From: Podarcis filfolensis
Lineage: Eukaryota
Strand: one strand, 5' to 3'
DNA length: 64,000 bases
Assembly (NCBI GenBank): GCA_964270895.1
Contig: OZ185436.1
Shown here: positions 59,171-64,000 of the stretch, one piece after another
Layout of the letters: every line of letters starts with the position of its first letter
Position numbering within the stretch: position 1 is the first letter of the stretch
Notes under the pieces: generated by a model
Databases searched by the model: none
The model's input: the letters and a program-made list of their open reading frames with translations, nothing else
What the model was told of the DNA's origin: nothing
Made by a program: the position numbers and the translations under genes

Positions 59171-60770
59171 TAAATAATCACTCCACTCTTAAATCCCAAT
59201 ACATTCCTAGCCATGACCATCCCTCCTTCTGTCCTGAGAGCCATGGAGACCTCGATGTACCATAGTAATCTATGCATTAAAGCAGTCTTTGAGTACTGCA
59301 TCCTTTGGTGAGAGCCAGTACATCTCCTGTACTGTCACCCTCAAGCATCTGAAGGTCTCCAGGTTTCTCAAAAAAACTCTACTCTTGTCTCCCTTGCTTC
59401 CCTTATGCTTGGAGCTGTCTCCTGGAACAACTGCATGACGCTACCTCTGTTATTTCCTTTAAATGCCATCTTTTCGTTGAAGCCTTTGGAGTAACTCACC
59501 TCTAGACTCCATACCCACTATTCTACTGAGTCAAAGAAGATGAAAAAAAGCATCTTCTTCCCCTGTTTACTTCTTTTCCCTTCTTTTGTCCCCCGTCTCT
59601 TGAATTTTAAATTGTAAGCCCCTTGTGATAGGAGGCATGTTTTCTCATTCTTTTAAAAAGTCGCACGCACACAGCCAGTTTGAAGACCTGCTCAGTCTTA
59701 GAGAAAGGGAGGCTTCCGTAACGACAGCCAATCCAGCTACACAATCAGCACAACAGCAACAATGCCAACATTGTCCTCCCAGGAAGACCTTGACTGTCAC
59801 AAGGTGGGCAATCATTTAATTAAACAGGGGGTTCTTTTGAAATGCTGGGTCAGAATGAACTAATAAAAAATCTTCAGACACCTCATATCTAATACTTTAC
59901 CTCTTTCGACCCATCAAAGTATTTCAATGGATCCTTTGTTTCTCCTCAAGCTGACAACTGACACTCATTTCCTGGATAGCAAAAGGCCTATTCTGCTCCT
60001 ACCAATGGCACAACATTTATTTAGTAAAAAAATAGAATTAAAGGGGTGGGAGGCAAACACCCTACCCCCTTTAGTCTTATATATTGACATAGTTCTGGAC
60101 TTTATCTTCTAAAGGATGACATATGGGTTATGGAAGCCACAAAGGCAACAGTAAGTTCCATCACTGCAGAGATACATTCAAAAGTGATTGACAAAGTGCT
60201 AATCAAATGGCTGGAAACACATGAAAAGAAACTGAAAGTTATTGTTCTGTGTATTTCATATATGCAGACTTGTCAAAGAAACAGATGACACACATTTTTG
60301 AGATGTGAGAGTAATAATTTTGGAACAGGAGCACCACAGAGAAACATTCCAGTCCAAAACCTTTAGATGGAAATAATTTCTTTTGATTTCAGTGGAAGTT
60401 GCTTCCAAAAAAATGTAGTCTAGGATTTCAAGCACCTGTCTACCAAATGTAGTGTTGGCATCTGTTAATGAAAAGTATTCCCAAACTATCTGTGGCTCTC
60501 CACTTCATTAAAAAAAAGAAAGAAGCTCAGGTGGGTAACATGGCGTTTGCAGTCATCTCTCACCCAGATGCTGACTCGATCCAAACATGCTTTGTTCAGT
60601 AAGAAGCTTCAAGTGGTCAAACAGACCCATGAGGGCTCAAACTTGGCAAGAGGTGCAAAGATATACATGCCACCCTCACCCAACTCTCAGTGTAGATGTG
60701 CATGATGCCCTACCCCTTCCTCTTTGGACCTTTGCATTCCAGTGTAAAGATCCATAGAGAGGTTCTAACC

Positions 60771-60906
60771 CAGGCATAGGCAAACTTGGCCCTCCAGATA
60801 TTTTGGGACTACAATTCCCATCATCCCTGACCACTGGTCCTGTTAGCTAGGGATCATGGGAGTTGTAGTCCCAAAACATCTGTTGGCCCGAGTTTGCCTA
60901 TGCTTG
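60771..60906. mobile_element. Palindromic hAT MITE, copy 3 (opposite orientation)
   Basis: 136 bp, spacer inverted relative to copies 1 and 2. Exact TSD TTCTAACC at 60763-60770 and 60907-60914. Confidence 0.9.
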
Positions 60907-62806
60907 TTCTAACCATTCATTGGTAGATGTTATCCTTCCTTTAATCAGCAGCCCTGATTGTGCAGAGTCCCCAATCACGAGGGGGTTTCTAACCATTGAG
61001 AGAGGACCTGGCACATGAATGGTTGCTGGGGGCACGTCGTGTTTGAGTTTCTGTTATGACGGCTTTTCAGCTCATGAAAGTGGCAGGACAGGCATGGAAG
61101 CAAACGCAGGTTATCTTTAAACCATCCAAGTTGACACAAGGAAAAGACTGAGGTGTGGTAGAACTCATCCTGCTTTGCTGCCGCTAAAATTACAGAGCAC
61201 TGACCCAGACATCATTATGCAAAGTCACAACAGTGCTCACCATTTGAGGAAAACACTGATTAGCTCCAAACTAACTAGAATAGCCGTTTGAGGTAATGAA
61301 GGCCCTTTCAGCACCAGCGTAGCTTTGATTTTATTTACAGATAAAGCAAACTTTACCAGGGTATCATTTCCTATGTTAGAGCCTGTATCAAAGAGTGGCA
61401 TGTTTTCTTGCATCTCACATTTCCCTATAAGCAAAACATCCCACATTACCTCACCCAGGGCCAGTTCAGAAAACCAGTAGGCAGAAGTAGTGAACTTCAT
61501 TTTGCTCTCTAGAGCTCAGCATGGACCAGAAATTGTGGAGCACAATGGAAGCTTAAAGCCTTTATTCTGCACTTTATTTCTTATTTTTACAGGCTTTCCC
61601 AGAAGAATGGGTTGACTCACAGAAAGTATCTGATTTCGTTTTTGAGAAATGTTTTGTCTATTTTTATCTGTTGCATTTCTGTTGCTTTATCGTTTTTTTA
61701 TGTAATGTTTGGCAGTTTATAAACTTTCCAAAATAAGTGAATTTTATACACACGCACACACATACATACACACTAGAGTTCCCTTCCCCAATTTTTTTTC
61801 AATTGTGTTCACAACCAAAAATGTAAAATTACACCAGTTCATCATCCAGTTACAACCATGGCATTTTCACTACAAATCAAAACTAGTAAGAAACGGTTTT
61901 GAGTGTTATGCATCCTTCAAATCAAGCACCTCTGAGGACCATCGTTTTGTCAAATGCTCTTTGTTAGAAATCCCTAGCCTATTGACGAACTACAGTTACT
62001 AGTTTTCCAGAAGACAGTGATAAGCATTGATCAGGTTTGAAACCAGCTTACATTTATAGCGTAGGATTGTCCTCCAACTCAAGAAACATTGTCATTGAAA
62101 GAGGAACAAAGCCTGCTTTGTACACAGTGAGCATGACCACAGATTTCCCTCTCCCAATATTTTCCTGGGATGCCATGTTCTCGTATATAGGCTTTTGTGA
62201 TGTTAAACTAACCCTCCCACTGACACACACACACACAATCAGTGGTGATCCTTATTATGACACAACACAAAAACGCCCCCAGTTGGCACAGCACACAAAG
62301 ATGTAGCAACGTCTGCAGCATTCCCAGGATCAGGCCGTGCAATCAAAATCCATGGAAGCCAGTTCTTTAATGACACAATTGTGTCCACAGTGAATCCAAA
62401 ATGCAACGCACAATGTATTGGGAAGTGAAAGAAGAAGCAACTCCTCCCACCAAACCTTTTGCCTTCAGAGCTTTCTGGAGATAGCCTCAGCCTTTTAACC
62501 TAAAAAGAAATGAAGGTATATTAGCTAATATATATTAGCACTTGTGAAGGGCTGTGCAGTTGTGATTCATCCAGAACTGCCTGTGCCAGGGCTGGGCAAG
62601 CCCTCCACATGCTGTTGCACTCCTGCTCTCATTTTCCCTCACCTTTGGCCACGCTGGCAGGGCTGATGGGAGCTGGAATCTATCAATATCCACCAACCTT
62701 GGACGCAAAAAGTGGATATGAGTGGAGAGTGCAGTTGGAAAGCTGATATTGTTTAATTTGGAAAAAAAGGGAATTAGACATATTAGGTGCATATGTTGAT
62801 TAAGCA

Positions 62807-63656
62807 CAGGGGTCTTCAAACTTTTTAAACAGGGGACTGGTTCACTGTCCCTCAGACACTGTCGGGGGCCAATGGGAAGTTTTGGAGAGTGGGTCGGTGC
62901 GCTTGTGGGAGCACCTCGGAAGCTGGGAGCCTGCAGGAGCTGACTGAGAGCGGCACGCACTGTCCAATGATCCTCTTCAAGGAGCACGGAGACTGAGGCA
63001 AGGACGAGCTGGTGCCTCACTTGCAGCTGCAGCCCCAGACGGGTGTTTCCGCCCCTTCACCTTCCTGCTCCCTGGAGGTGAAGGCCGCTACCTGGGCCAC
63101 TTCATCACCAGCCTCATCATCCTCCACCGTCATGTCGGCCGCCAATGGGAATGCGGCGGCGGCAGCCCCGCCGAGTCCTAGCCCAGGCCAGCTGTCCTCC
63201 TCCAGGAACGCCGCTGCCACCCTCCTCATGGGGACGCAGAGCAGCAACAGCCACAGGAGCACTAGGGCGGGGGAGGCGGGAGGAAGAGGCCGAGCAGTGG
63301 CGGCTCCGCCAATCAAACGCCGTGCCTGGTTTACCTCAGCACAGCGTGGGGACGTCTTTGCCAATCAAATGTTGTGCCTGGTTTACCTCAGTGCGGCACA
63401 GCGTTTGATTGGCAGAGTCATCCCCGTGCTGCGCTGAGGTAAAGCATGCACGGCGTTTGATTGGCAGAGACGCCCCCATGCTGAGGTAAACCAGGCGAGG
63501 TGTTTGATTGGCAAAGCCGCCACTGCTCGGCCTCTTCCTCCCATCACCATTGCCGAGAGTCTCGGCTTCGTGGCTGGTTCTTAAATGGCTGGGCGGGCCA
63601 GATTTAGAACCCCGGCGGGCCTGATCCAGCCTGGGAGCTATAGTTTGCCGACCCCT
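62807..63656. mobile_element. 850-bp non-autonomous hAT element with GC-rich cargo and a palindromic CCAAT array
   Basis: Termini CAGGGGTCTTCAAACT and AGTTTGCCGACCCCT (2 mismatches, terminal G missing on the right). Exact 8-bp TSD ATTAAGCA at 62799-62806 and 63657-63664. Confidence 0.85.
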
Positions 63657-64000
63657 ATTAAGCACTTAAATGTCAGACAATGTCAGGGATAGTGTGCACC
63701 CAAATTATGTAAAGATAGAATGTGCTTAGTTTCTGTACGTAGACTGCCCAGTACGTAGACTCCTACTTCTTTTTGCCTGGAACCTCCTCTTCTATACCTT
63801 CATTTTCAGGCTGGTAACACTTTGCCACAGCCTTGTAAATAACCGTAAAGTACTCCCTTTTTGTGTCCCTGTTAGTAACTGAGCTAAGGCAGAGTCATAA
63901 TTAATGGTTACTGTCGCTGATACAGGGGGTAAGCTTGGACTAGAGCACACTTTGTGTCCTTTCAGCTGCAGTGTTGTGTCCAATGGGAAATTTGTGCAGT

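Noticed and set aside
61237-61500. 87-aa minus-strand ORF with ATG in good context and a strong donor (ATG|GTGAGC at 61240)
   Set aside because: No recognisable protein similarity, no promoter or partner exon, and such single features are expected by chance in 64 kb.
1-64000. CRISPR arrays, operons or prokaryotic defence systems
   Set aside because: The window is intron-containing vertebrate DNA. The regularly spaced repeats seen (16681, 47932, 63308) lie inside transposon ends and lack unique spacers.

Overview
Vertebrate genomic DNA. The repeat content (BovB with a (CAA)n tail, CR1, L2, Squam-type SINEs, hAT and Tc1/mariner MITEs) points to a squamate, probably a lacertid lizard; this is inference. 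The only protein-coding gene I can support is the 5' end of CPEB4 on the minus strand: coding exon 1 at 29280..30404 (1125 nt, His/Pro/Gln/Ser-rich low-complexity domain) and coding exon 2 at 15987..16068 (82 nt), separated by a 13.2-kb intron. Exon 3, the neuronal microexon 4 and the RRM/ZZ exons were not found and probably lie to the left of the window. The promoter is a CpG island around 31.4-32.5 kb, and a second CpG island lies at about 33.3-34.3 kb. The rest (35-64 kb) is non-coding upstream DNA dense in transposon remnants. I found no rRNA, tRNA genes or CRISPR arrays, and almost all other ORFs in the six-frame track look like noise. The most interesting signal is the architecture of the CPEB4 leader. 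An unspliced leader of about 1.8 kb would carry 11 upstream ATGs in 10 uORFs. A strong 3' splice site sits only 27 nt before the start codon, and three candidate donors lie upstream, including a strong one in the second CpG island. This suggests a promoter/splicing switch between a uORF-loaded and a uORF-light mRNA; it is a hypothesis until tested with RNA data. Other highlights are a candidate intronic poly(A) site that would give an IDR-only CPEB4, a hAT element carrying GC-rich cargo and a palindromic array of five CCAAT boxes, several hairpin-forming MITEs, a 5'-inverted BovB insertion and a three-level nested insertion.
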